From positions 46,252,001-46,316,000 of the forward strand of contig OZ024750.1 of NCBI GenBank assembly GCA_964016885.1: DNA of 64,000 nt, read 5' to 3'. The position numbers were made by a program, and so were the translations under genes. Position 1 is the first letter of the stretch. Each line of letters opens with the position of its first letter. Shown piece by piece: positions 63,062-64,000 of the stretch. The stretch comes from Eledone cirrhosa. Its lineage: Eukaryota. The notes under the pieces were generated by a model. That model saw nothing but the letters and a program-made list of their open reading frames with translations. It did not search any database and was not told where the DNA came from.

Positions 63062-63456
63062 AATATTTCGTTTCATTTATTCCATTTATCGTTTTCGGTG
63101 CGCCCGGCCTATTAACTCACTCGATATGCAAATTAGGCTGCTCAGCCGTTAATATACATAAGGAAAGTATATACTTTCAGACGTTCAATCATCTGGCAGG
63201 AAGGTATACGGTGCTGACGATAGCTAATAAGCTTGAAACTAGTGCATCGTTCCTTTGTCAGTGTTGAAAAAAAGGGCAACGATGGTTGTTAAACAATGTA
63301 CGGCTTAATTCGGGATGTTTGTTTACAAACAAACCAAGCATTATAATAAATGTTCGGTAAAGCCATACGTACATGTATATATGTGTGCATGTATGTATAT
63401 ATATACATACTACTGTACGTCTGTATACATATATGTATGTACGTATACATACTTAT
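63062..63456 (+). mobile_element. Diverged monomer of the 420-bp family-H repeat, HHR at 63208-63250
   Basis: Collinear with the 53.5-53.9 kb unit; ACGGTG-CTGACGA...GAAA-CTAG-TG-CATCGT. Confidence 0.85.
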
Positions 63457-63459
63457 ATA

Positions 63460-63494
<35 letters not shown>

Positions 63495-63507
63495 GTATGT
63501 ATATATG

Positions 63508-63541
<34 letters not shown>

Positions 63542-64000
63542 TATATACATACATAAATACATATATATATATATATGTATGTATATATAGTGTAGGTTAT
63601 TTAATAATGTATATTAATTATTGGAAGTGGCATCACTGTTAGTACTCAGTGCTACTACATAAACGAGGTGTTTCTAATAGAAAGTTACTTCTTTGCACAG
63701 TATCAGTGTATTCTCTGTTTATAGTCAGTGAAGTCTGTCGTGGATACAACACTATTCGTCAGATAGTTTGGACACAATATCCTTACATCTAGCAGAGACT
63801 TTACCAGCAAGGATTAACAAGCTCTATTACGATTCACTGTTTGGGGCATAAAATGACACCATAGACATATAGATTTTTATAGCTAAAGCTTCAAGGGCTG
63901 TATCCTCCCTAATAATGGGATCCTGTCCATATCACATTCAGATAGTTGGGGGTTTGTGAGTATCCCCAGTCCCCTCTGTGAAATAATTTATGGCACTACA

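Noticed and set aside
63600-64000. Possible upstream exon or decayed helicase fragment
   Set aside because: Stops in the frames tried and no convincing motif.

Overview
AT-rich, microsatellite-saturated animal genomic DNA; the repeat families look octopus-like (inference). Most ORFs in the supplied track are simple-repeat artefacts. The only host coding sequence I can support is a minus-strand terminal exon encoding an NTR/C345C domain most similar to ADAMTSL5 (47120-47433). The main signal is a (TA)n-targeting Penelope-like retroelement (PLE) and ribozyme assemblage. Three distinct 5'-truncated PLE families carry CxCx5C and a C-terminal GIY-YIG domain, two also retain the RT YRDD, and all resemble the Hydra clade. 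I read 16 type I hammerhead ribozyme (HHR) motifs from 8 sequence families, plus two degenerate or partial families. One family forms a non-coding ~420-bp tandem, retrozyme-like array at 52.9-54.3 kb, and many insertions are fold-back, including a 2.2-kb-arm palindrome. Also present: a 31 x 123-bp in-frame satellite derived from an RTE LINE, a decayed CR1-group LINE, many tRNA-derived SINEs, hAT/Tc-pogo/piggyBac-like MITEs, two Helitrons and a 200-N gap. All structures were read by eye and boundaries of decayed repeats are approximate.
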